The notes beneath the pieces were generated by a model. It made no database searches and was not told the DNA's origin. It was given only the letters and a program-made list of their open reading frames with translations. The position numbers were made by a program, and so were the translations under genes. 64,000 nucleotides of DNA from an uncultured Nitrospiraceae bacterium (GTDB lineage: Bacteria > Nitrospirota > Nitrospiria > Nitrospirales > Nitrospiraceae): assembly GCA_963706325.1 (NCBI GenBank), contig CAVPLT010000005.1, positions 290,454 through 354,453 on the forward strand, read 5' to 3'. Below, in pieces: positions 11,131-22,362 of this stretch; positions within the stretch are counted from its first letter, which is position 1; each line of letters opens with the position of its first letter.

Positions 11131-11751
11131 TCAGCTCTTCGCGAGGAATCGCTCCACATCCTTCACAACCTCATCGGCCAACGGTTTCGTCCGGTGGTTA
11201 TAACGGGCCACCACGTTGCCGGACCGATCCACCAAATACTTTTGAAAGTTCCACTCCACTTCACCGGGGAATGGGCTTTTTTCCGTGAGGTATTGGTAAA
11301 GAGGGTGTTTGTCGCCGCCTTTGACGCTGATTTTGCTGAAGAGCGGGAACCCCACACTATACTTCGTCAGACAGAAACCTTTGATCTCTTCATTGGTCCC
11401 CGGCTCCTGCTGGCCGAAGTTATTGGCTGGGAAGGCGAGAATTTCAAAGCCCTTGGCTTGGTAAGCTTCGTACATGGTTTCCAGGTCCGTATATTGGGGA
11501 GTATTGCCGCACAAGCTGGCGGTATTGACGAGCATGATGACCTTCCCCTTAAATTGACTGAGTGAAACCGGTTTCCCGTCGATATCGTTCAGGGTGAAAT
11601 CGTAGACATTTGGGGACTGAACAGCCATAGGTTTTGCTCCTTGCTCTGCCGATCCGACTTGCCCAACGCCCGTGAAGGCGCCGAGTCCGAAACCTATGAT
11701 AAGCCCGCCGACGAGCACGTTCCAGGAACAGCATGGTCGAGAGGACGGCAT
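11131..11751 (-). CDS. Glutathione peroxidase family protein (signal peptide)
   Basis: VNTASLCG, LAFPANNFGQQEPG and WNFQKYLVDR motifs; Cys, not Sec. Confidence 0.95.
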   Translation of the reverse strand: MPSSRPCCSWNVLVGGLIIGFGLGAFTGVGQVGSAEQGAKPMAVQSPNVYDFTLNDIDGKPVSLSQFKGKVIMLVNTASLCGNTPQYTDLETMYEAYQAKGFEILAFPANNFGQQEPGTNEEIKGFCLTKYSVGFPLFSKISVKGGDKHPLYQYLTEKSPFPGEVEWNFQKYLVDRSGNVVARYNHRTKPLADEVVKDVERFLAKS

Positions 11752-11766
11752 GTGATGACTCCTTGG

Positions 11767-12684
11767 TTAGAGGCGTTGCAATGCCTCGACGCGCTCCTCA
11801 ATCGGAGGATGGGTGGCCAGTAAATGCATAAAAGCCGACGTATTACCGGAGATTTTCATAGTCGCTAAGGCGTCGTGAGTCGAATACTCGAACTGGGCAC
11901 GGTTCACCCATCGGTCGATCCCCTGCAGGGCGTTGATCATCGACTGCTTTCCGTAGACTTTGGCTGAAAAGGCGTCTGCGGCAAATTCCCGGCGGCGAGA
12001 ATGCCAGCTGATAACTAGCATGGCCAATACCGACAACACGACTTGCAAGAAGAGGTAAACGACGAAGCCCAGGATTGGATTACCGCTCTGGGCCTCCTCG
12101 CGATCGCCTCCTTGCGGCTGGGCGACCATCTGGTACACAAAGTTGCTGATGTAGTGCACAAAGGTGTTCATCAAGCCGGCGAGCACCGTCGTGGAAAACA
12201 TGTCGCCATTGAAGACATGGCCCATTTCGTGGGCGAGAACAGATTTCACCTCATCCTCGCGCAGATTTGCGAGCAGGCCGGTTGACACGGCAACCATCGC
12301 AGAATTTTTGGTTGGCCCAGTGGCGAAGGCGTTGGGATCCGCCGACTCGTACACCCAGACCTCCGGCATCGTGATATGCAGGCGTTGGGCAATCTCCTGC
12401 ACGGAGCCGTAAATCACCTGTTCAGCGTTCGTACGAGGATGGATAATCTGAGTGCAATCCAGCATGGCCCGGGCCATCTGTTTGGAGAAGAGTAAGCTGA
12501 TAAAGGCGCCGCCGAAGCCGATCACAAGAGACCAGACCAGTAGCTCTTGGCTGAACGCCCCGCGGACATCAATGCCGAACGACGGCAACACCACATTCAC
12601 CAACACCCTGACGGTAATCGACAGGGTCAGGTAGATCAGCACGTTCGCAATGAGAAGCAGCCCGATACCCTTCAACGACTTCAT
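11767..12684 (-). CDS. htpX: Zinc metalloprotease HtpX (M48)
   Basis: PNAFATG, AHEMGH, SRRREFAAD and THPPIEER motifs. Confidence 0.93.
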   Translation of the reverse strand: MKSLKGIGLLLIANVLIYLTLSITVRVLVNVVLPSFGIDVRGAFSQELLVWSLVIGFGGAFISLLFSKQMARAMLDCTQIIHPRTNAEQVIYGSVQEIAQRLHITMPEVWVYESADPNAFATGPTKNSAMVAVSTGLLANLREDEVKSVLAHEMGHVFNGDMFSTTVLAGLMNTFVHYISNFVYQMVAQPQGGDREEAQSGNPILGFVVYLFLQVVLSVLAMLVISWHSRRREFAADAFSAKVYGKQSMINALQGIDRWVNRAQFEYSTHDALATMKISGNTSAFMHLLATHPPIEERVEALQRL

Positions 12685-12969
12685 GTATGTCCTCCTTAAA
12701 AACCCGTTCTCCTCACTCCTTCATGCTAGGGAAGGAGCGGACCTTGGATGTCATTATACCGAATGCCCAGCCCATGTGCTGTCGGGAAGCAGTTACACAT
12801 GGGCGATTCGTCATCCAGTAGAGCAGATAATACCATGTTGCCATTCAGTCAAGACAGGATCCCGAGGTCTACTGAGGCACCTTCATAATGTCCATGTCGG
12901 CGCCATAAACAAGATCTGCTAATCTGGCGGTCGGTTGACCCGCTCTGCCCCTTCTGCTAGAAAAGACGA

Positions 12970-13404
12970 ATGAATGCAGCCCTGTTTTCTCTTCGCGCGA
13001 GCATGCTTGCTGCACTCCTGATGTGGCCTGCGCTTGCGACGGGGGCTGATCAGGCGCCCCAAGTCCCTCCGCTACAGGTACCGGTTGATCTGCTGGATGG
13101 CGTTCAACGAGCCACCATCATTTTGGACAGCTATTCCTACACGCCTAGTCATCTGATCGTGCAGGCAGGAAAGCCCGTCGAGCTGCTCTTGACCAGCATC
13201 ACGACCATCACTCCGCATAACTTCCTATTGAAGGGTGACGCCGCAGGGTTGTCGATCGAGCGAGATGTGGGGTCTGGCCGAACCGTCACCGTACAATTCA
13301 CGCCCATGAAACCGGGCATCTACACCTTCTATTGCGACAAGAAATTGTTGTTCTTCCCCAGCCACCAAGAGAAGGGCATGGAAGGCACATTGGAAGTCAG
13401 ATAA
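12970..13404 (+). CDS. Exported cupredoxin-domain protein
   Basis: Signal peptide; H...YTFYC...H...GM type-1 Cu ligands. Confidence 0.88.
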   Translation: MNAALFSLRASMLAALLMWPALATGADQAPQVPPLQVPVDLLDGVQRATIILDSYSYTPSHLIVQAGKPVELLLTSITTITPHNFLLKGDAAGLSIERDVGSGRTVTVQFTPMKPGIYTFYCDKKLLFFPSHQEKGMEGTLEVR

Positions 13405-13416
13405 GAAGGTTGCTCC

Positions 13417-14457
13417 ACGTCTATCGACTCCGCAAGACACGAACTCCTCCACGGCATCCTTAAGCAGGTTTCCCGGTCTTTTTACCTGACCCTCAACGTG
13501 CTGCCGCGGGATGTGCGCGACCAGATGGGACTGGCCTATCTCTTCGCGCGTGCCGCCGACACCATCGCCGATACGGACCTGATCGGTCGCGAAGAACGGC
13601 TCCGATATCTTAACGAATTTCGAGCGCAGTTCACTGCTCACGATGGGCGGCGAACGGATGTGCAGGGGATTCAGGCGGCGCTTGGTCCCCATCAAACCAA
13701 TTCTGCCGAGCGTGTACTGCTGCAGCGCCTGGACGAGTGTTTGGTCCTGTATGACGGGTTCGATCCAGGCGATCGCGAGCGGATTCGATGGCTGATGAGC
13801 GTATTGCCGGACGGGATGGCGATGGACCTGACCCGTTTTCGCGGCGAGTCAGCGCAGGAGCTAACGGCCCTTCACACATTGGATGAGCTGGATCAATACA
13901 CCTATTACGTCGCCGGGTGTGTCGGCGAGTTCTGGACCCGGATGGTTTGTGCCCACCGACCAGCCATGGCCCGGTGGGATGTCACGCGCATGTCGGCTAT
14001 GGGCGTGCGCTTCGGCAAGGGTCTCCAGCTCACCAATATTGTGAAGGATATTGCTCGGGATCTCCACCGTGGCCGCTGTTATGTGCCGGAACCGCTCCTT
14101 CACGAGGCAGGGCTCACACCGTCGGACTTGCTCAATCGAAGCAATCTGCCGAGGTTTAGGCCGGTCCTGAATCGACTGATCAAACTTGCCATGGAACATC
14201 TAGACCAGGGGTGGATGTACACGATGGCGCTGCCACGTTCAGAAATCCGTCAGCGGTTGGCCTGCATGTGGCCGATTTTGCTGGCCGGAGAAACGCTGAA
14301 GCGCGTGGCGGGGGCTTCCGACCTGCTGGACCCGGCCGTCAATGTCAAAGCGCCGCGCTCCGTGGTCTATCGCGTGCTGGCGCTCACCACACTCACTGGG
14401 GGCTGCGGTTACGTCGGCACGGCCTATTGGGGGCGGCTGCGGAAGCAAATCCTCTAG
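13417..14457 (+). CDS. Squalene/phytoene synthase family protein
   Basis: LKQVSRSFYLTL, RAADTIAD, YTYYVAGCVGEFW and GLQLTNIVKD motifs. The conserved N-terminus lies upstream of the ORF-track GTG 13498; candidate start is ACG 13417. Confidence 0.9.
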   Translation, partial: TSIDSARHELLHGILKQVSRSFYLTLNVLPRDVRDQMGLAYLFARAADTIADTDLIGREERLRYLNEFRAQFTAHDGRRTDVQGIQAALGPHQTNSAERVLLQRLDECLVLYDGFDPGDRERIRWLMSVLPDGMAMDLTRFRGESAQELTALHTLDELDQYTYYVAGCVGEFWTRMVCAHRPAMARWDVTRMSAMGVRFGKGLQLTNIVKDIARDLHRGRCYVPEPLLHEAGLTPSDLLNRSNLPRFRPVLNRLIKLAMEHLDQGWMYTMALPRSEIRQRLACMWPILLAGETLKRVAGASDLLDPAVNVKAPRSVVYRVLALTTLTGGCGYVGTAYWGRLRKQIL

Positions 14458-14514
14458 ACGCGTAGACGCCTTGACCCGTCGACTCTGCGGTATAGTTGTG
14501 GAGCAGGGGAGGAC

Positions 14515-15402
14515 TTGCGGATGGGAATGATTCGACGGACACACACGACATGGAGGCAACGGGTCGCAAGAACGCAGGCCATCATGTCGGCGGCCTGGCA
14601 ACTCTTGAGGGAACAGAAACAACTCCTGCTGCTTCCTATTGCCTCGTCAGCCTGTCTGCTTCTGCTTACTGGCGCCTGGGCGATTCCCGTCATTCTAGAG
14701 GCCTTCGCAGGTACGTCGCGATCGGACTCCGCGCGACTGAGCGAGGCATGGTCTTCACTGGGGGCGTTTCTGTTCTATGTGGTGACGTACGGGATCGGGA
14801 TTTTTTTCAACGCCGCGCTGGCGATCTGTGTTTTGCGAAAACTGGCGGGAAAGCCCGTTTCGATTCTTGATGGTGTGCGCGAAGCCGGCGCACTTTTCCC
14901 ACAGATACTTGGCTGGGCGCTGCTGTCGGCAACGGTGGGCGTGGTCCTGAGAACGATCGAACGCCGGTCGGGGTTTATCGGCGGGGCTGTGACGAGCCTG
15001 CTCGGTTTTGCGTGGACCGTCGTGACGTTTCTGGTTGTGCCGGTTTTAGTTGCGGAGCAAAAGGGTCCGCTGGAGGCGGTGCGGGAATCTGCGCAGTTGT
15101 TGAGGCAGACGTGGGGGGAAGACCTTCTCGCCGGCATGGGGTTTGGCGCCCTGTATTTCATCTGGTCGATACCAGGAATGATTACCTTCCTACTAGGCGC
15201 GAGCATGATCACGTCCCACCTTCTTATTGCGATCGTCATCATGGCTCTGGCGATTCTGTACTTTCCGTTGCTCGTTCTCGTGCTCTCCACCCTGTCGACT
15301 ATCTTCGATGTTGTCCTTTATCGGTACGCGAAGTTAGGCACGATCACGCCTGGCTTCGATCGCGAGCTGCTGGAATCCTCGTTCATTCGCAAGGCAGTGT
15401 GA
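14515..15402 (+). CDS. Membrane protein (DUF6159-like)
   Basis: Multi-TM; ILGWALLSATVGVVLRTIE and SAQLLRQTWGE motifs. Confidence 0.75.
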   Translation: MRMGMIRRTHTTWRQRVARTQAIMSAAWQLLREQKQLLLLPIASSACLLLLTGAWAIPVILEAFAGTSRSDSARLSEAWSSLGAFLFYVVTYGIGIFFNAALAICVLRKLAGKPVSILDGVREAGALFPQILGWALLSATVGVVLRTIERRSGFIGGAVTSLLGFAWTVVTFLVVPVLVAEQKGPLEAVRESAQLLRQTWGEDLLAGMGFGALYFIWSIPGMITFLLGASMITSHLLIAIVIMALAILYFPLLVLVLSTLSTIFDVVLYRYAKLGTITPGFDRELLESSFIRKAV

Positions 15403-15496
15403 AATTTTGTCAGGGAACAAGGGCCGAAAGAATTTCAGAAGGCATGATAAGGGTAGTTGGCGACATCACCCTGTCCGACGGGCAGCGCTTTTCCCG

Positions 15497-15769
15497 CTAT
15501 TTTTTCTGCGGCTCCAGCAGTTTCTCGCCCTTCTTGAAGACTGCATAAATCGCCTGCGATGGGCAGGCGTCCAAACATAACCGGCAGCTTTCAAGGCAAC
15601 GGGAAGGGTCGAACTTATAGGGCGGCGTCGAGAGCCACGCGCTGGTCGGGCAAATGGGGACGCAAATAGCTTGATGGGTGCAACGATCGGGATGACGGAC
15701 GAGATGATCGCGAATGACCAGCATGGGCTTGACTCCTTCGAAGAGACCTTGCGAGAAGATCTCGAACAT
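15497..15769 (-). CDS. 4Fe-4S ferredoxin-like protein
   Basis: CxxxxxCxxxCP and CxxxCxxCxxxCP motifs. Confidence 0.85.
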   Translation of the reverse strand: MFEIFSQGLFEGVKPMLVIRDHLVRHPDRCTHQAICVPICPTSAWLSTPPYKFDPSRCLESCRLCLDACPSQAIYAVFKKGEKLLEPQKK

Positions 15770-15789
15770 GTTTCTTTCAGGCAGACTGC

Positions 15790-16203
15790 TCACTTCCACT
15801 CCTCGACCAGGTCTTTCAGCCGGTCCTTCAATTCCGGGATCTGTTCCATATTATTGCGGATCGCCCCGAGAATATTTTCCAGACGCGCCGAGCGTTGAGC
15901 CTCTTTATCTTTTTTCACCAGTTGATCATACCCGACATAGGCCTCGCGGTGTGTGGGTTCGAGGTACCGGCGGCTTACTTGCAGGGCTTCGCCCAATTCG
16001 TACGGCTCCGCCGTCAATGGCGGGGCGACGATCAATGAACCTTCGGTGAAGACCACGGCCGCGGCTCCTGCCTTGCTCTTGAGCGGCGTGACGGCTTCAA
16101 TTGTTTTTCCAACGAGCTGCTCCCAATGGTGAAGCAGAGCGGGAAAGGTTTTGATGTAGGCCACTTTTTCCATATTGGCCTTCCATTTTTCGTCGGCTGG
16201 CAT
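15790..16203 (-). CDS. Hypothetical protein
   Basis: GAGG RBS before MPADEK; packed in an operon. Confidence 0.75.
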   Translation of the reverse strand: MPADEKWKANMEKVAYIKTFPALLHHWEQLVGKTIEAVTPLKSKAGAAAVVFTEGSLIVAPPLTAEPYELGEALQVSRRYLEPTHREAYVGYDQLVKKDKEAQRSARLENILGAIRNNMEQIPELKDRLKDLVEEWK

Positions 16204-16238
16204 AGAGACCTCGCGAGATGGAACGGGTGGCGCTGGAG

Positions 16239-16586
16239 TCACACTTTCAATGGAGAAAGGAGCGGGGACGACTGATGGGGCATGAGGAGTCGTTCGACGA
16301 GTTCTCCCTTGAGGATGTGACGCTCCATGATTTCTTTCACGTCCGCCTCGGACGTGACGCGGTACCACACGCCTTCGGGATAGACCACCACGCTCGGCCC
16401 TTGGGCGCAATAATCGAGGCAGCCCGCTTTGTTGGCGCGAACGATCCCTTTGAGGTTGAGTCGCTTCGCCTCTTGTTTGAAAAAGGCGTGCAGGGCTTCA
16501 GAACCGAGCTTCGAGCAGCTGCCTCGCGGATCGTCGGGTTCCCGCTTGTTGGTACAGACGAAAATATGTCGCTGGTAGCCTGTCAT
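16239..16586 (-). CDS. Thioredoxin-like [2Fe-2S] ferredoxin
   Basis: HIFVC...GSC...AGCLDYCAQGP..VVYPEGVWY. Confidence 0.93.
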   Translation of the reverse strand: MTGYQRHIFVCTNKREPDDPRGSCSKLGSEALHAFFKQEAKRLNLKGIVRANKAGCLDYCAQGPSVVVYPEGVWYRVTSEADVKEIMERHILKGELVERLLMPHQSSPLLSPLKV

Positions 16587-16622
16587 GCGATAGATCCCGT
16601 CATTGCAGTCTGAGGTGGATGG

Positions 16623-16991
16623 TCACGCTCGAGTGTGAAATCGCTCAATCAACTGCTTGACGTCCGCGACGTTGAGAAGCGGCGAGCCGGCGGCCTGTGT
16701 GCCTGCGATGGCGGCAATCTCCTGGAGGCGCAGCTGCGCGCGTTGTTCCGCTTCCGGCTCCGACAGGGCCGAGGCCTGTCCCTTCACAAGTTTGTCGAAC
16801 TCGGCGTGGATGTCGCGAAAATCGCGTTGCAGGTGTTTCATCATCGAGCAGGGGTCGCAATACCACTTAGGACTTTGATCCGAAGCAGGCGAGAGGCGAT
16901 CATACGTGCGTCCGAAAAAGTCCTTGCCCAGCGACTGCTTCATCAAAGGGGTGCCTGTGACGTGGCAGGCATTACAAGATCCGGCATCCAT
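16623..16991 (-). CDS. Hypothetical protein with two CxxC pairs
   Basis: CNAC and CDPC; GAGGAG RBS. Confidence 0.75.
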   Translation of the reverse strand: MDAGSCNACHVTGTPLMKQSLGKDFFGRTYDRLSPASDQSPKWYCDPCSMMKHLQRDFRDIHAEFDKLVKGQASALSEPEAEQRAQLRLQEIAAIAGTQAAGSPLLNVADVKQLIERFHTRA

Positions 16992-17156
16992 GCGCGAGGT
17001 GCTCCTCTGTAACGGAAGTGATCGATAGAGCGCGGATCTTACCGCACTGATCTTTGTCGTAGCAAGGTGTACATGTCCCGTGACGCATCGGCGATAGGTG
17101 CGTCCGTGTATAATAAAATCAGCGGAAAAAAATGACTGGAAGCCAAGGAGGCGGAT

Positions 17157-18260
17157 GTGCTCATCGGCGTTCCTAAAGAGATCAAGGATCATGAGTATCG
17201 GGTGAGCGTGACGCCGGACGGCGTGCGCCTGTTACGCGCATCAGGGCATCAAGTATTAGTGGAACCGTCAGCGGGACAAGGCAGCGGGTTCACAGACGAA
17301 GCCTATCGGCAGGCAGGCGCGCAGGTGGTTCGAGATAAAGAAGACGTCTTCCGACAGGCAGACCTGATCGTGAAGGTCAAGGAGCCGCAATTGTCGGAGT
17401 GCGCGTTTTTCCGCCCTGGCCAAGCCCTCTTTACGTACTTACATCTGGCATCCTTGCCCGATTTGACGAAGGCGCTGGTCGCGTCACGGATTACCGCGAT
17501 TGCCTATGAAACCGTCGAAGCTGGGGACCACAGCCTTCCCATCTTACGGCCGATGAGCGAAATTGCCGGGCGATTGGCGGTCCAAGTGGGCGCCCACTAT
17601 CTGGAACAGGTGCACGGAGGGCGGGGACTGTTGCTGGCCGGCGTTCCCGGTGTGCCGCCTGGTCATGTGGTGGTGCTTGGGGCGGGAGTGGTGGGTACGT
17701 CGGCGGTCAGGATTGCCGTCGGTATGGGAGCGCGGGTGACCGTCATCAATTTGGATCTTGATCGCTTGCGAGCGCTCGACGATTTGTACGGCGGGCGCAT
17801 CACAACCTGTGCCGCCACGCAGCCGGCCATCGAACGCGCCCTTATCGATGCCGATCTGGTGATCGGCGCGGTGCTGGTCCCCGGAGCGCGCGCCCCTAAG
17901 GTCATCTCGCGCGAGGCCATGTCGAAAATGAAGCCCGGTTCTGTCTTCGTGGATGTCGCCGTCGACCAGGGCGGGTGCAGTGAAACGACGAAGCCCACGA
18001 CTCATTCGGATCCTGTGTATGTCGTGGAGGGTGTCCTTCACTACTGCGTGACGAACATGCCCGGCATCGTTCCTCACACCTCTACACTGGCCTTAACCAA
18101 CACCACCCTCCCTTACGTAGTCCGCCTCGCTTCGGAAGGAGTCGAACATGCGATTGGTTCGGATCCCGGTTTGGCTAAAGGTGTGAATGTGATGGACGGC
18201 ACAGTGACGTGCCAAGCTGTGGCTGAAGCACACGGCTTGCGTTTTACCCCCCTGTTGTAA
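17157..18260 (+). CDS. ald: Alanine dehydrogenase
   Basis: [38 protein letters not shown] and HYCVTNMPG motifs. Confidence 0.97.
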   Translation: MLIGVPKEIKDHEYRVSVTPDGVRLLRASGHQVLVEPSAGQGSGFTDEAYRQAGAQVVRDKEDVFRQADLIVKVKEPQLSECAFFRPGQALFTYLHLASLPDLTKALVASRITAIAYETVEAGDHSLPILRPMSEIAGRLAVQVGAHYLEQVHGGRGLLLAGVPGVPPGHVVVLGAGVVGTSAVRIAVGMGARVTVINLDLDRLRALDDLYGGRITTCAATQPAIERALIDADLVIGAVLVPGARAPKVISREAMSKMKPGSVFVDVAVDQGGCSETTKPTTHSDPVYVVEGVLHYCVTNMPGIVPHTSTLALTNTTLPYVVRLASEGVEHAIGSDPGLAKGVNVMDGTVTCQAVAEAHGLRFTPLL

Positions 18261-18294
18261 GACAATCTCGAACTCGTGCTCGGTTCTGCCCGGT

Positions 18295-18373
<79 letters not shown>

Positions 18374-18757
18374 CCGTACAATACCCAACCTGTGCGGGGA
18401 CACCCACTCCTTTAACATCTCCTATTGTGGCCTGCATGGTTGATGTGCAGGTCGGATGCAGCTCTCAACCAATTTCTTCCGCCCCTTTCGTGTCCTGCTG
18501 CGTGTGGTTCTGCGTTCAACTCATCCCTTTGCATCGGTGTCGTGAGAACGAAGTTGTGTCGTGTGAAATGGTGGCGTGTGAGAATTCGCTTTCGCGCTCA
18601 TGCTCCGTCTTTGATCGTCCGATATATGTCTATAGCAGGGTAGTAATGTCGCATAAACTTGTAAATCACGTGACGATGTTTGGGAGCTGTGAGAGTATCC
18701 TGGTCTGGATGCCCCATGCCGGTGCCAGTTGTGCAACCACGTAGAGGCCTGCGAGCG

Positions 18758-19045
18758 ATGACCAAGACCGACGCTTCTGTGCGTGCAAAAATTCTGGTGA
18801 GCGGGCATGTGCAAGGAGTCGGCTACCGTGCCTTCGCCTGCCGCGCGGCAAGCTCGCGTGGGCTGACCGGTGGCGTCGAGAATCTCGATAGCGGGCAGGT
18901 GGCTCTGGATGTCGAAGGGACCAAAGCGTCGCTTGAAGACTTGTTAGCGGATCTTAAAAAAGGGCCGGTGGGGGCACGCGTATCGCAAGTCCAAGTGGAG
19001 TGGAGTCACGCCACCGGCCGCCATCACGATTTCACGATTTGGTAG
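18758..19045 (+). CDS. acyP: Acylphosphatase
   Basis: [11 protein letters not shown] and [10 protein letters not shown]...EG motifs. Confidence 0.9.
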   Translation: MTKTDASVRAKILVSGHVQGVGYRAFACRAASSRGLTGGVENLDSGQVALDVEGTKASLEDLLADLKKGPVGARVSQVQVEWSHATGRHHDFTIW

Positions 19046-19059
19046 CAGGTCACGAATTT

Positions 19060-20058
19060 ATGGCTCGACGTGCAACAGTTCGCCACGGTGCAGAGATGAC
19101 TCCTCCCACATCAGTTCGCCGCCCACGCGCCGCGCGCGATGAGGACGATGCCGACGCAGAACCGCAGGAGGGATCTGAGGCGGAAGCATCGGGAGCGGAG
19201 AGTCGTCCTGCGGAATCGGGGCGGGCTGAAGGCCTCGACACGATCAAGAGTTACCTGCGCGAAGTGCGCAAGTCGACCCTCCTGAATTTTAAGCAGGAAC
19301 AGTCGCTGGGTAAACGCGTCATGGCCGGCGACGAAGCCGCTCGCCAGGAAATGATCGAGGCCAATCTCCGACTGGTGATCAGCATTGGGAAGCGCTACAT
19401 GAACCGCGGCTTTCCTTTTGCCGACATCGTCGAAGAAGGCAATCTTGGCCTGATTAAAGCGGTCGAGAAGTTTAACTATAAGCGTGGGTTCCGCTTCAGT
19501 ACCTACGCCTCCTGGTGGATCCGTCAATTCATTGAACGCGCCATCATCAATCAGGGCAAGCTGGTCCGGTTGCCGGTCCATGTCGTGGAGCGCTTGAACC
19601 GTTATCTGGGCAAGGTCGAACAGCTGGTGCATGAGTTGGGTCGTGAGCCCCGGACTGAAGAAGTGGCTGCCAAATTGAAAACCAGCGAGGCAGAAGTCGA
19701 CGATCTTAAGCAATTGGTCCGCACGACCTGCTCGCTGGACAGCCCGATCAGCGACCGCCAAGACACATTTCTGCGGGATGTGATCGAAGACCCGCTCTGC
19801 CTCACTCCGGCGGAGACGACCGAGGGGGTCATGCGCCGGGCGGAGCTCATGGCCTGGGTGAAGGAGTTGCCTGAAAAGGAGCGCACGGTGATTCTGGCGC
19901 GATTTGGACTTGACGGAGCCGAGTCGCGGACGTTAGAAGAGATCGGCCGTGAGATGGGACTGACTCGTGAGCGGGTTCGCCAGATTGAAACGGCCGCCTT
20001 GGTCAGGCTCCGCGGAATCATCGAACGGAAAACCATGAAGCGGGCGGATCTCCTATGA
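19060..20058 (+). CDS. RNA polymerase sigma-70 factor, RpoD/RpoS type
   Basis: [40 protein letters not shown] and TLEEIG...TRERVRQIE motifs. Confidence 0.95.
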   Translation: MARRATVRHGAEMTPPTSVRRPRAARDEDDADAEPQEGSEAEASGAESRPAESGRAEGLDTIKSYLREVRKSTLLNFKQEQSLGKRVMAGDEAARQEMIEANLRLVISIGKRYMNRGFPFADIVEEGNLGLIKAVEKFNYKRGFRFSTYASWWIRQFIERAIINQGKLVRLPVHVVERLNRYLGKVEQLVHELGREPRTEEVAAKLKTSEAEVDDLKQLVRTTCSLDSPISDRQDTFLRDVIEDPLCLTPAETTEGVMRRAELMAWVKELPEKERTVILARFGLDGAESRTLEEIGREMGLTRERVRQIETAALVRLRGIIERKTMKRADLL

Positions 20059-20082
20059 GAATGTCCCGCAGCGATTGCCCCC

Positions 20083-20598
20083 ATGAACTACAAAGCTCTC
20101 ATCCGAGAAGTTCCCAACTTTCCTAAGCCCGGCATTCTTTTCTACGACATCACAACCCTTCTTAAGGACCCCCAGGCTTTCCGGTCGATCGCCGACGACC
20201 TTGCGGCACGTTACGAGGGACAAGGCATTGCGAAAGTGATCGGGATCGAGTCGCGGGGATTCATTCTGGGCGGGACATTGGCCGACCGCCTCGGTGCCGG
20301 CTTCGTTCCCGTGCGAAAGCCAGGGAAACTGCCGGCCGATATCTTTGAAGTGAAATATAATCTTGAATATGGATCTAGCGCACTGGCGATCCATCGAGAT
20401 GCCGTGGCGATCGGGGAACGCGTGCTTATTGTGGACGACCTTCTGGCCACTGGTGGAACGGCGGCGGCCACCGTGCACCTGATCCGCCAACTCGGCGGGG
20501 AAATCGCAGGGCTGGATTTTCTCGTAGAGCTAAAAGGCCTGAACGGACGCGACAGGCTCATTGGTCACGAGGTGCACTCGACGATCATATATCCATAA
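20083..20598 (+). CDS. apt: Adenine phosphoribosyltransferase
   Basis: [29 protein letters not shown] and [10 protein letters not shown] motifs. Confidence 0.97.
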   Translation: MNYKALIREVPNFPKPGILFYDITTLLKDPQAFRSIADDLAARYEGQGIAKVIGIESRGFILGGTLADRLGAGFVPVRKPGKLPADIFEVKYNLEYGSSALAIHRDAVAIGERVLIVDDLLATGGTAAATVHLIRQLGGEIAGLDFLVELKGLNGRDRLIGHEVHSTIIYP

Positions 20599-20703
20599 GC
20601 CCCCAACATCTAGGGGAGTCAGGTACTTGCCAAACGATCTGTAGCGTGATATATCTGCCAAACTTTTTCGCCTTGCACTCATCACGAAAGGGCATGAGAA
20701 TCT

Positions 20704-21279
20704 ATGGCGACGAAAGTCCACGCGAAGAAAAACACACCAACGACGAAAGTAAAAGCCGCCGCTCCTGAGAAGCCTGTTAAGAAAGAGCGACCGGCTCCGG
20801 TGACTCCTATGACTCAAAAAGATGAAGACAGTGTTGCCGCGCGAGTTGTTGCGGCGCTTACCCTGAAGGAAACACCAAAAGAACGGGAAGAGCGTCAGCA
20901 TCGGCGCGAAGCCTTGCAGCGGATGCTGCTAAGCAAGCGCCAGGAAATTATACGCGAAATCGAGGGCAATCTCGGTCAATCCCTGACTGAAGATCAACAG
21001 CGTCGCTTGGAATCTGCTCGTGATGTGGGGGATCAAGCGCTCATGGACTTGGATCGCGAGCTCGGTATCTCATTGATGGAGATGCGGAACCGGAGGCGCC
21101 AGGCGATCGACGAAGCCTTGATGCGGTTGAACGAGGGGACCTACGGGATTTGCGCAGAATGCGGCATCGAGGTCAGTGAAAAGCGTTTGGAAGCGGTGCC
21201 GTTCGCCAAGTTGTGCGTCCAATGCCAGTCTCGACAGGAACTTCTCGAAAAGATCGAGAAGGAAGAGGATCGCGACTAG
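20704..21279 (+). CDS. TraR/DksA family C4 zinc-finger regulator
   Basis: Coiled coil plus GTYGICAECG...RLEAVPFAKLCVQC. Confidence 0.93.
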   Translation: MATKVHAKKNTPTTKVKAAAPEKPVKKERPAPVTPMTQKDEDSVAARVVAALTLKETPKEREERQHRREALQRMLLSKRQEIIREIEGNLGQSLTEDQQRRLESARDVGDQALMDLDRELGISLMEMRNRRRQAIDEALMRLNEGTYGICAECGIEVSEKRLEAVPFAKLCVQCQSRQELLEKIEKEEDRD

Positions 21280-21314
21280 TTCCTCAGACTGGTCGCCATA
21301 CCTTTCGTTCAGTG

Positions 21315-21343
21315 TGAAAGCTGCACCAGTGGTGCAGCTTTCA
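21315..21343. terminator. Hairpin terminator after the DksA gene
   Basis: tgaaagctgcacc-agt-ggtgcagctttca, perfect 13-bp stem. Confidence 0.6.
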
Positions 21344-21390
21344 TGACTTTCTCGCCGGTGTAATGATCCGCCCGTTCCTCTCCACTTCTT

Positions 21391-22089
21391 ATGACGCAGG
21401 TCGTCCCGAAGGCAGTCGTGTTGCTGAGTGGTGGGCTGGACTCCACCGTGACGGCGGCCATAGCCCAACGTGACGGATTTCGCATTTATTGTGTGACCAT
21501 TTCGTACGGACAGCGCCATGTGGTTGAAGTGAACCGGGCAGGCGCAGTCGCCCGAGCGTTACATGCGGCGAGCCATATTGTCGTCGAGGCTAACCTGAGA
21601 GCGTTTGGAGGGTCGGCCCTCACTGCTGACGTCGAGGTTCCTAAGGATCGCACCCAAAAAGAGCGGTCGGGGGCGATTCCCGTCACCTATGTTCCGGCCC
21701 GCAATACCATTTTTCTGTCGCTGGCCTTGGCCTATGCCGAGACCCTCGATGCGCAGATGATCTACTTTGGAGCAAATGTATTAGACTATTCCGGCTATCC
21801 GGACTGTCGGCCTGAGTTTATCCGCGCCTTTGAGAACGTTGCGCGGGTGGGGACGAAAATGGGCGCCGAAGGCCGGGGGATCGAGGTGCGCGCGCCTCTC
21901 CTCAAGCAATCCAAGGCGGAGATTGTACGATGCGGTCAGGAACTCCAGGTTCCGTTCGAGCTCACCCACAGTTGTTACGACCCTGGAGATAACGGGATGG
22001 CGTGCGGCCGGTGTGACAGTTGCCGCATCCGACGAGAGGGCTTTCGTCAAGCCGGAGTTGTGGACCCTATCCCCTATGCGATACCTTAA
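21391..22089 (+). CDS. queC: 7-cyano-7-deazaguanine synthase
   Basis: LLSGGLDS, YGQRH, TYVPARNTIFL, YPDCRPEF and THSCY...CGRCDSC motifs. Confidence 0.97.
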   Translation: MTQVVPKAVVLLSGGLDSTVTAAIAQRDGFRIYCVTISYGQRHVVEVNRAGAVARALHAASHIVVEANLRAFGGSALTADVEVPKDRTQKERSGAIPVTYVPARNTIFLSLALAYAETLDAQMIYFGANVLDYSGYPDCRPEFIRAFENVARVGTKMGAEGRGIEVRAPLLKQSKAEIVRCGQELQVPFELTHSCYDPGDNGMACGRCDSCRIRREGFRQAGVVDPIPYAIP

Positions 22090-22179
22090 CCGTAAGTGAC
22101 AAACGCGCCGATACGGTGTCGGAATCTTTTGTCAGCACCATGCCGTTGATGGCGCCGCTACGCCATTGTCTGGAGAAAT

Positions 22180-22362
22180 GTGGCTATGACCCCTGAAGAG
22201 TTCTTTATGTATCTGATCATTGCTTTGGTGATCGCGGCACCAATCGGCGCACGAGTCTACCGGCGATTGACATTGAATCGCACCACGCGAATGTTGCGCG
22301 AGCAGCTGAACCAATCACAGGTCAATCGGTCAACGACGACGCCACCGGAACCCCCACGATGA
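22180..22362 (+). CDS. Small single-TM protein
   Basis: Hydrophobic N-terminus; ATGA overlap with the next gene. Confidence 0.6.
   Translation: MAMTPEEFFMYLIIALVIAAPIGARVYRRLTLNRTTRMLREQLNQSQVNRSTTTPPEPPR

Noticed and set aside
21300..21390. Possible preQ1 riboswitch upstream of queC
   Set aside because: No preQ1-type stem-loop or A-rich tail; the hairpin fits a terminator.
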